IMG/VR virus record: IMGVR_UViG_3300014205_000004
Span: 1 to 64,000 of that record
Source of the DNA: a virus
Lineage: Duplodnaviria; Caudoviricetes
Length of the DNA: 64,000 bases
Direction: 5' to 3' (one strand)
In this document: piece after piece, positions 52,138 to 62,716 of the stretch
Layout of the letters: each line of letters opens with the position of its first letter
How positions within the stretch are numbered: position 1 is the first letter of the stretch
Translations under genes and position numbers: made by a program
Notes under the pieces: model-generated
Database searches by the model: none
Told to the model about the DNA's origin: nothing
What the model saw: only the letters and a program-made list of their open reading frames with translations

Positions 52138-53091
52138 TTAATCGTTTGCGTAGTCTTGCGTGCTAGTGCCCGCTACCGTGCGGGCACGTTCCGCGCGTTC
52201 GAATTCCGCAAGCGCCTTACGTTCACGCGCAACGGCAGGCGAGTCTGCCCGCTTCGCGCGTGCGGCGCGCGCTTCACGTTCGGCTTGCCGCTTCAGGGTT
52301 TCCGCCCATCGGACAACATGCCAAAACATATGGCGTTTCGCGACCGCTTCCGCGCTTTCACCCTCAGGTGACATCCATGCATTATCAGCCGAAAACTGCC
52401 GTTTACAGCCGACAATCGGGCATGGCGCAACGGTCGTGAGACGTTCGCGCACTAGCACCCGAGACGTTTCGCGGGCAGGTGTGCCATGCGGGCAGACCTT
52501 GACGCGATGTGAGCGAAACACTCCGTCGGCATCCTGAGACACGCGATCCGTTTCCGGGCAGGTGCACGCATCGTCAACGGTTACCCGTTGACCGTCGTGC
52601 ACTAGCACCTGAGACGCTTCAGTCTGAAGTACCGCTACCCGCCATCGGGCATCGATCAAGTCCCATAGTGCCTGGACTTCGGGCAAGGGTGCCGTTTCCA
52701 ACGTGTCCAGGCGCATGTAATGCCCGTCAACGCGAGTAACCGTCGCACTTGATGGGTAGTGCGGAAACGGCATATCGTACCCGTAGCGGGTAACACAACG
52801 AGTACAAACGCATACAGCCGACACGTCGTGATCCCGATCGGAACGATCGGGACAAGTGAGCGTGTCCATTGCCGCATAGTCGACCCATTGCGTAGGCGCT
52901 TTCGGCCCGAACGCGGGTTTGGGGTGAGCAACGGAAACCGTTGTTCCGTTCCTACCGTCTCGCGCTTTCGGGGCGGGTACTTCGGGCAGGTGCACGGCGG
53001 GTACGTTGGCTTGCGCGTCACGTTCCACCTTGCGCCACGCCTTAAGGCTAGCGCCTTGCGTCGGGGTGCCCGTCGGGGCAGGTGCTTTCAT
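52138..53091 (-). CDS. Hypothetical Cys/His-rich protein, first gene of the minus-strand array
   Basis: ATG after TAGGAG; upstream TAGAAT -10; atypical codon usage. Confidence 0.6.
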   Translation of the reverse strand: MKAPAPTGTPTQGASLKAWRKVERDAQANVPAVHLPEVPAPKARDGRNGTTVSVAHPKPAFGPKAPTQWVDYAAMDTLTCPDRSDRDHDVSAVCVCTRCVTRYGYDMPFPHYPSSATVTRVDGHYMRLDTLETAPLPEVQALWDLIDARWRVAVLQTEASQVLVHDGQRVTVDDACTCPETDRVSQDADGVFRSHRVKVCPHGTPARETSRVLVRERLTTVAPCPIVGCKRQFSADNAWMSPEGESAEAVAKRHMFWHVVRWAETLKRQAEREARAARAKRADSPAVARERKALAEFERAERARTVAGTSTQDYAND

Positions 53092-53296
53092 TGGCTTTGG
53101 ACTCCTATCGACTGGGATACCCCTATTCTAGGCGGGCAGACGACGCCTGGCCCTATGTGAGACACCACCGGCCACTCGCAACAAACTGTGAACCTAAAGT
53201 AACCCACACTGACTACCACGCCCTCGCCTGGCACAACATTTCGCGCACCTGAAGTAACCCTCAACCCCTTGTCATCCCAACCCAGATGCTGTCTAC

Positions 53297-56200
53297 TTGA
53301 CTGAGTACTTTCTGAGGAGGGATCGAGTCACGGACACTCACCCGCAACCGACACGCCAACAAATCCTCGATGACTACACCGCCGCGGTCGCCGTGCTCCA
53401 AGCAGAGCGCGACCAGGAACTCATCGAGCTCAAGGACAGCCTCTTCGCCGGCCTGGTCCGGACAGCCGTGAACTACCGAAAGTTCATCCCCAGCCACGGT
53501 GGCAATGCCAACCCCCATCACGTGTCCGACGCCGACTACCGGCTCGACTGTGCGGAGTGCGTCGCCCTCACCCAATTCCTGGAAGCGGCATCCGCCGCGG
53601 ACGACTACCTCACGGGAGATGCCTCATGACCGGCGAACGCATGACCGGCGTTTACCCTGCCTACGGGGCCGGCAAGTACTGGTGCGTCGAAAGCGAATGC
53701 AGCTGCAACCCACCCCGGCACTCCTACGTCATCGCCAGGGTCGGCGACGAACGGGTGGTCTACGGCGAGTACTCGGATGGGGGCACCTACGGGATCGGCC
53801 ACTACGAAATCAACCTCGCCCACGCGCGCTTCATCGCGCTCATGCCGACACTCCTCGACGCGGCGATGGATGCGGTCCTCCAGGGCCGGGTGGGCAGTGC
53901 TACCGGCACTTTGTGCCGGACGTGCATCGCCCAGGCGAAGGGACGCGCCATCACGGAGTGCTTCCCCTGGTGCGCGCTCCTCGACCTCGAACGCCTCATC
54001 AACCAAGCGCTCGGGGAGGCGTGGCACGAATGAAACACACCCCCGAACAGTGGGCCGTCTACGAGGCCCTCCTTGCGGACGTCGACGAGACGCAGTTCCT
54101 CATCCAGGCCCACACCTCGGCCGGCCCGGACGACTTCGACGACATCATCGCCGAGATCCCCTGGGTGTTCTTCGATTACCAGACCCGCGAGCGCCACGCC
54201 TACATGATCGCCGCCGTCCCCACGCTGCTCGCCGCAGCCGAGGCCCTCATGGACGAGCACCTGTGGGTGTACGGGCGTGAGTTGCGCACTCGGTCGTGCC
54301 GGCTTTGCCGCGCCATCGCGACCGGCAGAGATGTCGAGCACTACCCGAAGTGCCCCATCCCTGCCCTCGCATCCGCCATCGCCCTGACACGGCCCACCCC
54401 GTGATGGGGGTGTGCGACGACTGCGGCACAGCCATCGGCGAGGCGTGGGTCACCTCCCGCGGCGTAGTCCTCTGCCTGCCCTGCAACCGCCAGCGCATCA
54501 CCAGGTACGCCGTGGACCAGGCCTGGGCTGAGGCGGATGAAACCACCAACGACCAGTACATGGAGTACATCCACCGGGTCCGCCGGACACAGGAGCGCAA
54601 ACAGTGAAAGACCTCATCCACACCCCGAACGGGTACGTCAAGGTCAGCGAGATCGAGACCTTCCACGTCAAGTACTCGCCCGGCTACTACGACCACCTGC
54701 AGGTCGTCGTCACCCTCCGCAGCGGCCGCGAGTTCCCCACCCGCATGTTCGAGGACACCTTCCTCCGCGCGTACGAGCACGCCACCGGGGCCGGCCGCTG
54801 ATGTCAGTCGTCAAAAGCATGCGCCGCCATCGACACGACTGGACCTTCGACAGGTTCGCGGGGACCGGTGACCTCTACTGCGCCGCCTTCAACTGGGTCC
54901 CGCCCTGCCAAGCAGAGCTGACCTTCCAGGACGTGCTCGACCTTTTCGCACTGCTCTACAGGCGCAGCGACGCCATCGAGGACACCCTCGTCAGAAAAGG
55001 CTACCAATATGTCTAAACGAGCAAGCACAGCCACGACCCCGAACGAAATCGCGATCGAGTACGACCGCATGATTCGGGAGGCGAACAAAGCACGGGCCCG
55101 AGCCAAGGCCGAGGCCAAAGCCTGGCGCGAAGCCGCTATCTCCGCCACACGTGACCCGCTCCAGCGCGTCCTCATCGCGGCCTTGCCGCTTGCTGGCGTC
55201 CCCGAGCTCCGTCACAGCCCCAGGTGCTACGACATGGTCGGCGGTTGCCCTTTGTGCGACGCACGCGACACCCTCTGGGACGCCATCGATTACGCCGAGG
55301 ACGCCACTTACGACAGCGCCGCAGCTATCTGCGGCTACTGCCGCGCCGGCTTCCACGACAACTGCCTCATGGACCGCTTGGTCGAAGCGACCAGGGTGTA
55401 CCGCGAGTGCCGCTGCGACGTGCCGGCGCACAAGAAGAGGAAACAAGCATGAACGAGATGCCGTACAACCCCGAGGAGACGAAAGCCATTCTGCGGGAGG
55501 TAAACGAGATTCGACTGCACGCACTCGATGGCATGGACTACACCGTTCCTCGCATTCCACCCGCACCCACCCGGGCGATGTTGACCCCTGGTGGGTTGAC
55601 TCGTCGCCAGCGCCAACGCCGGAGGGCGCAGAGTGCCACAGGCGGCGCGGAACAGTGAGCACCGACAATCGTTCACGCTCGTGGGGAGTCACCTGCCCTA
55701 TCTGTGGGCGCTCGTACGTCCTCACCAACTTCATGTCGTTGCGCTGGCCCGAGTACGGGCACGATGTCTACTTCGGTGGCGGGCGACACATCCGCCGCGG
55801 GTACGCCTACACGAGCAGCGACGGCATCCCCATTACTGACACCCATCTCCGCGCCTGCGACCGGGATCGCACCAAAGCACAGGAAGCGAGGAGGACCAGG
55901 TGAAGCCTGAACCGAAACTCACCTGGTGCGACTGCATTCAGGCGCTCCACCACCGCTGGAAGGGCAAGCCCTGGAACGGCACGGACGAGTGGCACCGATG
56001 CTGCCAGCACCAATGCCCCTGGGGAGGTCTGCAATGACTATTGATGTTGCATTGCTTCGTCAATTGGCCGCGCAGCCAAACACGAAGGTGCGCGAGGATT
56101 TCACCGAGCTTGCCCTGAAATCTATTGGCACGGTGCTACTCAAACCAACAACTGTCGCTGAACTCCTGGACGCCTACGAGGAGCGCGAGCGGCTGCGGGC

Positions 56201-56744
56201 GGCGCTGGCGGAGCAAGGGCTTCTCCAGAAGAAGCCGGGCGGGGGGATGCTATGGCACGCCCACGGCTGCCCTGCATCGTTCGATTTCGCGCAATGCAAC
56301 TACCGCTGTCGAGTGGCCCGCGCCGCACTGGAGGGACGGGAATGACTTTCGATGTTGCGAAGTTGCGGCAGTTACATCGCCCCTATCAGCCGGTGCCCCC
56401 TTACGGCGAGCTGTACTGCCAAGGGTGCTATCTGGACTGGCCCTGCGCCACATCCGAACTTCTCGACGCCTACGACGACCTGCTCGCGGCGGCAGAGGCG
56501 GTGCTGAATGACGCCTACATGATCTCCCCAACCAACGGGGATCGTGTTTGTGCGCATTGTGATGCTTACCTCGACCCTGATCCCAGACTGTATGAGGTGC
56601 ACCACGCTGGGTGCCCCATCCAGTCTCTTGCCGCCGCCATCAAGAAAACGAAGGAGCACCAATGAAAACGCGCGAAGAGATCATGGCGGAACACGAGCAG
56701 CGAGTACGCGCCGCAGCCTCGGCGAAGACGTGCTTGTCAACTGA
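53297..56744 (+). other. Cluster of small Zn-binding hypothetical genes
   Basis: ORFs at about 53626, 54030, 54401, 54604, 54801, 55009, 55449, 56034, 56342 and 56662, mostly joined by ATGA/GTGA overlaps. Confidence 0.7.
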
Positions 56745-56792
56745 TGCATAACTGAGTACTGTGTACTTCTGACTACTCTCAGAGGTACGCCT

Positions 56793-57287
56793 ATGACTCT
56801 CTTCCCAAGACGCATCCCGGCAAGTCTCATCCAGTGCATCGCTGCCCCTGTGGTCCTGGTGACCACCATGGCCATGGCCTGTGGCGGGCAGGTCGACTAC
56901 GCGGCCGCGGGGACCCCGATGGCCCAATGCACAGACCACGTCGAGCTCACCCAGGAGATCGTGCCTGGCCCGGTCAGCCACGATGACTTTCGCCTCTACG
57001 CCCTCGCCGCCGGCTGGCCTTGTTCTCTCCTGGACGAGGTCGAAGCCGTCGCCTTCTGCGAGTCGCGCCACAACTCCGACTCGGCCAACACGGCCGGCCT
57101 CGAAGACAAGCCGTCGCATCAGCAGTTCGGCCTGCTCCAGCTGGTGCCTCTCTGGTTCAGCTACGCCGGCACGAACATCGACTTCTGGGCGGACCCGCAG
57201 GTGAACCTGTACACCGCGCGTCAGGCTTACCTCTACGACGTCGAACGCGGCAACGAGCCCTGGACGCAGTGGAGCTGCAAGCCATGA
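56793..57287 (+). CDS. Exported lysozyme-fold protein (SLT/Rpf-like transglycosylase)
   Basis: Hydrophobic N-terminus with MAC; catalytic CES, GLLQL, DPQVNL..A, W..WSC. Confidence 0.75.
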   Translation: MTLFPRRIPASLIQCIAAPVVLVTTMAMACGGQVDYAAAGTPMAQCTDHVELTQEIVPGPVSHDDFRLYALAAGWPCSLLDEVEAVAFCESRHNSDSANTAGLEDKPSHQQFGLLQLVPLWFSYAGTNIDFWADPQVNLYTARQAYLYDVERGNEPWTQWSCKP

Positions 57288-58334
57288 GACCCGCAGGACA
57301 GGCGTCTGCTGACGAACTCACGTGCGGGGCCCGCTACACGCCGCGGTTCGACTACACCGTGGGCGACCACTGCCTTCACCGGCGGTTCCTTCGGTCTCCG
57401 AAGTGCTGCTGGTGCAAGCAAACGAAGGCGACGATCGAGCGCGAGTTCGATGAGTACCTGGAGCGCACGGACCCGAAGGTCCACGCGCCGAAGGATTAGG
57501 AGGGGAACGTGAAGAAGCACTACATCGCCTGGTACGGCTACGTCGGCTGGTTGGTCGCCATTGCGTGGCTGCTCAGCATCCTGGCCGGAGTCGGGCACGA
57601 GGCCCTTGTGCGCACACTGTGTCCCGGCATCGCAGTCACCAGCATTGTCTGGCTGAGCGTCGCCGTCGCATGGACGCCGAGCGGCAGGCACCACGACTGC
57701 AAAAGCAGCTGCTGGTGCAAAACCTACGGCGACGGCTGGTAGAGGAGGTTACTCATGTCTAACACAACTACAGCGTTCACTTCGTTCCCTGTTCCCCTGA
57801 AGGTCCGGCACATCAGCGACTCCGGCCAAACCCTGACCGTGCACGGGTACCGTGGCAACGACCACGGCCACCTCCTCTTCGCCCACAACTCAGACGGTAG
57901 ATTCGTGACCGTCTGGGCCAGTGAATGGGCTGTCGTCGAAGAACCGACGTGCGACGAAGAGGCACGCAACATCGTAGGCGACTGCACTTGCACCGCATGC
58001 ACAGTCCTGCGCTCCAGCGTCGCGCAGGAGCTTGCTTCGTGCCCGCACGGCATCCGGAACGCAGCGTGACTATGACCCACAAAAATCGGGCGGGGGATCC
58101 TGTGATCTCCCCGCTGTCGGAGGACGAACTCTGCGGGCTCCAACACCACATCATGCACCGGTGCGCGTGCAATCGATGGGATGACCCGTGCTTGATAGCG
58201 CGCCTGTTGGTGACCATCGACCACCTGCAGAAACCGTCCCTGCTCTGCCTCGTCGACCGCATGAAGCCCAATCACTGAGTCGATCCCGTATACTGTGGTG
58301 GAATCAAACTACAACGGAGTACTCAGCAAGCCTT

Positions 58335-59009
58335 ATGGCAGACTTCAACACGACCAACGTTCCGGTCACTGCGCTGTACCTTGCTGCAGACGCCGACGAA
58401 TCCGACATCCGAACCTTCGCGACCAATGACGGTGTCGACATCGTCGACATCTACGGTCAGGCCCTTCCGGGCATCTCGTACGTCTCGGGCCCCGAGGGCC
58501 GGCGCTATCCCCTGGAGCGCGGCCAGTACGTCGTCACGTATGCCGACGGCACTCGCAAGGCGTTCTGGCCTTCCGAAATGCAGGCCCTGTACGACCAGGC
58601 CGTCACCTGCGCTGTCACCGGTTCGTTCCTGACCACGCCGACCGAGGCCGAAGTCGTCACCGGGGGCCAGCAGGTTATCCTCACCCTCACCGGTGCGAAG
58701 TGGGCCCCGGCCGACGACCCGGTGGCCGCTCCCACCGTGTTCCCGACCGCGGTAGCCACGGCCATCCGCAACGGCATGGACTCCGACGGTGCTGCGGCCG
58801 GCGGATGGGACGCCAAGGTCAAGGCCGTCATGGCTGTCGGCAACGTCGTCCGCACCAATGACACCGTCGTGACGATCACGCTCCCGGCCACCGCCGATTA
58901 CGTGATTGCCGCGAACGAAACCATCACCGTGACCGTCCCGGCCTTGGCCATTGACGGCGGTATCGACGCTGTTGTCGCCGCGCCGACGTTCACCATCGTC
59001 AACGCCTAA
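58335..59009 (+). CDS. Thr/Val/Ala-rich beta-type protein, possible virion structural or decoration protein
   Basis: Ig-like composition, strong codon bias, own terminator, shares an upstream motif with terS. Confidence 0.5.
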   Translation: MADFNTTNVPVTALYLAADADESDIRTFATNDGVDIVDIYGQALPGISYVSGPEGRRYPLERGQYVVTYADGTRKAFWPSEMQALYDQAVTCAVTGSFLTTPTEAEVVTGGQQVILTLTGAKWAPADDPVAAPTVFPTAVATAIRNGMDSDGAAAGGWDAKVKAVMAVGNVVRTNDTVVTITLPATADYVIAANETITVTVPALAIDGGIDAVVAAPTFTIVNA

Positions 59010-59030
59010 AGCCACCCTCCTGGCCCAAAC

Positions 59031-59063
59031 CAAAGCCCCGATCGCACTGCGGTCGGGGCTTTG
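59031..59063 (+). terminator. Intrinsic terminator
   Basis: CAAAGCCCCGA...TCGGGGCTTTG followed by CTATTT. Confidence 0.8.
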
Positions 59064-59537
59064 CTATTTGTAGACTTGTCGCCTAGACTGAGTACTGAAC
59101 TGAAGCATTCGCGTTAAGCGAACTGGAGCTACCATGTTGACCACCAGCGATCTCAAGAACGCAACAATCGCGCTCTGGCTCGGATACGAGCTGGCGCACA
59201 CCCCAACCTTTGACTGCAGCGGTTGGGTGGACTCCCGCGGCAAGGACTGTGGCGTGCCCGTCGGGTTCGGCCACGACCCTGTCGCCTTCCAGACCCTTGT
59301 GGACCGCGCCGCGGCCGACGGGCGGAGCATCGAGATCTCGTTTGACCCGCTCGTAGAGGCGTCCGACAGCCCCTGGTCCTGCATCATCTCTGACCCAGAC
59401 CCGGACGAACCCACCCTTCTCGGGTACGGGATTTCCGAGACGATGATGGCTGCGTTTCGCGACAGCTTCCTCAGCATGATTGGCTGAAAAGGGCCGCGGA
59501 TGACCGCTGGGCCCACAATGCGCGTTTAGGCGGGCTG

Positions 59538-59560
59538 ACGGGTGTTGTAGAGTGTTCTAG
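59538..59560 (+). repeat. 23-bp exact direct repeat, copy 2
   Basis: Identical to 24452-24474. Confidence 0.9.
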
Positions 59561-59894
59561 CGCATGCTTCGAAGCTCTTGACAGCCTACTAACTGAAGGA
59601 CAAACTGAGTACAGATGATCACCTTCTCCATCAACTCCGTCATCGTCAACTCCGACTTTGCAACCGTCGACCCGATCAGCTACCACCTGGCGATGATCGA
59701 GTCCTGGTTGGATTCGGTGGAGACCATTGCTCCGAGCCTCGTCCAGGAGCTCGCGGACCGGTTGCGTAAGGCCGAGCACAAGTTGCTCGACCTCGGTTCG
59801 CATGTTGCTCCGGAGGAGGTGGTTGCCGCGGCCTGATCGTTCACAGGCCGACGCGCCGGCAACCACCTGAGTCCCCGCTCTTCGGGGACGAGCT

Positions 59895-59929
59895 GAAAGG
59901 CCCCGTGTGACTCCTTCACGGGGCCTTTC
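59895..59929 (+). terminator. Intrinsic terminator
   Basis: GAAAGGCCCCGTG/CACGGGGCCTTTC stem. Confidence 0.75.
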
Positions 59930-60143
59930 GCTTGCCCGCGAATAGGTGAGAGTAGTCACTAAATGTAACGTGATGCGCGTCAATGCTTGTTAGGTGTGAG
60001 CGTATAGGCTACAGTTGAGTCATCTTAGAAGTACTCAAGGAGTCATATGCTTCACTTTGCGGTCGGTTTCGTCATTGGAGTAGCCCTGGTGTGGGTCCTC
60101 AAGGACGAGATCCTCTACGAAATCAACCTCTGGAAGGTCCGAC

Positions 60144-60590
60144 ATGACGAAAACTGACCCGATTACAGCGCTTTGGGGCCCGGATCCGGTCCTTTTCGTC
60201 GATTGCGACGACACCCTCATCCAGTGGCGTGGAGACCCAAATACGCCCCATCCGTTCGGTACCGGGGCCCTCGTAGACCCCCAAACCGAGCGCCCCATGT
60301 GGGATTGGAACCATCACGTCGTCAAGCTCGTCAACGAATGGCCAGGCCATGTCGTGGTCTGGTCCGGTGGCGGGACAACCTACGCGACCGGGTGGACCCA
60401 GGGGCTCATCGAGTCGCAGGTAGTGACACCGCGGCCAAGCACCGAGGGTTCGTGGCTCCACGTCCTCGACAAGATCCCGTCCATCCCCCGCGCCCAGGAC
60501 ACCGTTATCGAAGACGACAACGGCCACTGGGGCTTCGAGGTCGGGAACGTCATCCATCCTCGCAACCTCCCGGAGGTCGAAGTTGTCTGA
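60144..60590 (+). CDS. HAD-superfamily phosphatase-like protein
   Basis: FVDCDDTL, VVWSGGG and IEDD motifs. Confidence 0.7.
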   Translation: MTKTDPITALWGPDPVLFVDCDDTLIQWRGDPNTPHPFGTGALVDPQTERPMWDWNHHVVKLVNEWPGHVVVWSGGGTTYATGWTQGLIESQVVTPRPSTEGSWLHVLDKIPSIPRAQDTVIEDDNGHWGFEVGNVIHPRNLPEVEVV

Positions 60591-60851
60591 ACTCTTCATC
60601 TTCGTCATGGGGTGCTGGTTCATGGTCAACATCCTGGTTTGGTTCCGGGCGTTCTTCCCGGACCAGTTCGCCAAGCTGTTTGGTCTCGGTACGGCACGCT
60701 GCTGCCTCGCACCCGAGTACCGCGGTGACCAGCGTCCCATCGCCATGCATTCGAATTACGCCGCGATGTCCAGGGAGTGTATTGCCCCTTGCTGCGACCC
60801 CGACGGGTCAGCAGCGCGCAAAGCAATCGCAGCCGGGAAGGCAGAGTAGCG

Positions 60852-61307
60852 ATGCTCTTCAAATACCGTGTCCCCGGCGTTGCCGGCGATAACACTGCCG
60901 ACTACTGGGCGAATGCCATATGGGCGGAGCACAACCGGGAGCGTCGCGCTCTCGGCATCCCTCCTCTCACCCGCAGCCCGCTCCTGGACCAGGTAGCGGC
61001 CATTCGTGACGACGACCTCGTCAACGAGGGCTACTTCTCCCACAACGACCCAAACAACAACCCCGGCAACTACCAGTCGGTCGCGGTCCAGCAGGGCCTC
61101 GCGGTCTGGGGTTGGCTCGGGGAAAACCTTGCCATGAACAACTACAAGAACCCTCTGGCAGAGGCGTGGCGTGGACTCATGGCAAGCCCGACTCACCGCG
61201 ACAACATCCTCACTCGTGACTTCACTCACCTGGGTGTGGCCGCGCGTATCCGCCCGGACGGGCTCTATGTCTTCGTCCTCATCTACGCGTCGAGTGACCA
61301 GCTGTGA
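60852..61307 (+). CDS. CAP/SCP domain protein
   Basis: NRERRALGIPPL, YFSH, GENLA, MASPTHRDNIL. Confidence 0.88.
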   Translation: MLFKYRVPGVAGDNTADYWANAIWAEHNRERRALGIPPLTRSPLLDQVAAIRDDDLVNEGYFSHNDPNNNPGNYQSVAVQQGLAVWGWLGENLAMNNYKNPLAEAWRGLMASPTHRDNILTRDFTHLGVAARIRPDGLYVFVLIYASSDQL

Positions 61308-61787
61308 CCCTGATAGACGCCAGGAAGCTGGTCATCGAAGCCCTTGTCGAGGAGCGGCAGCTGCTCGAAGAGGCCGGCATACCGCCCTCCTACAGGGAGG
61401 ATGTCTCACTCATGCAAGAACTCTGTCTGGATGACGAGGAAATCCTGGAGGCAGTCGTGAAGCTCGTGCTCGCAGACCTGGGGGTACGTCCGGACTGATG
61501 GAACGCTACAGCAAAAACAACGCCTGCCCGAAGTGCTCATACGGACCCAGCCCGCGCCTGCCAATCACAACAACCTACCACTTCAATCGGTGCCAGCTGG
61601 TGCCAGACGACGACATCGTGGAGCACTTCGACCGGCAGTGCCCACGGTGTAGCTACCTGTGGGCGGAACAAACGTTGAGTACGCCGAGGAACTGGCTCGA
61701 ACGGCACGTCGTGGTCACGACAGAGCTGGCGTTCGCGCTCGGTGGGGTTGCCGGAGGCGTCGTCTTCTTTCTTACGGAGGGATCATT

Positions 61788-62714
61788 GTGAAACGCATCC
61801 TCGCTCTCTCGCCCGACCTCAGCATCAAGGGCTTCGTCAACATCCGGCCGGACGCGCAGTTCACCTTCCCTGGTGGCGAGCGCCACGTGGACATCAGCAG
61901 CTACCTGCCGTCCGGGTCACCCGCGCGGCTGAAAGCGTACGTGTCCTCTCGCCTGGAGACGTCTGACGACCTCATGGACCTGCTCCTGGCTGTCGACGCC
62001 CTCCAGCGCCGGTACGTCGGTATCCGGATCGCTGCGTACCTTCCGTACATCCCCTACGGAAGGCAGGACCGCTACCAGGAAATAGGTACGCCGTTCAGCC
62101 TCGCCGTAGCGGCCCAACTCATCAACTCCTGCAACTTCGCGTCGGTGCACACCCTTGACCCGCACTCCAGGGTCACAAGGGAACTCATCAAGAACCTGCG
62201 CGTAATGCCGATCGATCCCTTCTACATGTTGGCGATCGACAACCTCAGCTATGAGTGGGACGAGAGCAAGGGCATCTACATCTTCAACGAAGATGTCCCG
62301 GTTTTCGTCGCTCCGGATGAAGGCGCTGCAACGAAGCTGCCACCAAGGTACCTCGTTGACGACGGCGAGGACTGCTCGGTCATCTACGCCAAGAAGACGC
62401 GTGACCCGCTATCCGGAATGGTAACGCCTCGCCTCGACGACCTGGTCTGGACGTACGGCAGCACCCGGCCAGCACTCATCATCGACGACATCTGCGACGG
62501 TGGGGCGAGCTTCACCACACTCGCCAGGGCACTCAAAGCCGCGGGCGCACCCAGGGTGTACCTGTTTGTCACCCACGGGATCTTCTCGAAGGGGCTCCAG
62601 CCTCTGCGTGACGCCGGTATTGACCGCGTCTTCACGACCAACTCCCGGAGCTTCGTGCCTTCGACAGACGAAGACCAAAAGTTCCTCAGCATCTACCGAA
62701 TAGCGAAGGGGTAA
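61788..62714 (+). CDS. PRPP-synthetase-like protein (candidate Adps of NARP1)
   Basis: FPGGE, PYIPYGRQDR, DPHS, APDEGA, IIDDICDGGASF, THGIFS. Confidence 0.9.
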   Translation: MKRILALSPDLSIKGFVNIRPDAQFTFPGGERHVDISSYLPSGSPARLKAYVSSRLETSDDLMDLLLAVDALQRRYVGIRIAAYLPYIPYGRQDRYQEIGTPFSLAVAAQLINSCNFASVHTLDPHSRVTRELIKNLRVMPIDPFYMLAIDNLSYEWDESKGIYIFNEDVPVFVAPDEGAATKLPPRYLVDDGEDCSVIYAKKTRDPLSGMVTPRLDDLVWTYGSTRPALIIDDICDGGASFTTLARALKAAGAPRVYLFVTHGIFSKGLQPLRDAGIDRVFTTNSRSFVPSTDEDQKFLSIYRIAKG

Positions 62715-62716
62715 CA

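Larger units (their letters stand above)
24492..53091 (-). other. Array of small, tightly coupled early-type hypothetical genes (many acidic or Zn-binding)
   Basis: Dozens of 40-250 aa minus-strand ORFs joined by ATGA/GTGA/CTGA overlaps and AGGAG-type RBSs. Confidence 0.8.

Noticed and set aside
53297-53332. GTC or ACG start after AGGAGG for ORF 53297-53629
   Set aside because: Suggestive, but an upstream TTG exists and the codon is ambiguous, so it is not counted among the near-cognate starts
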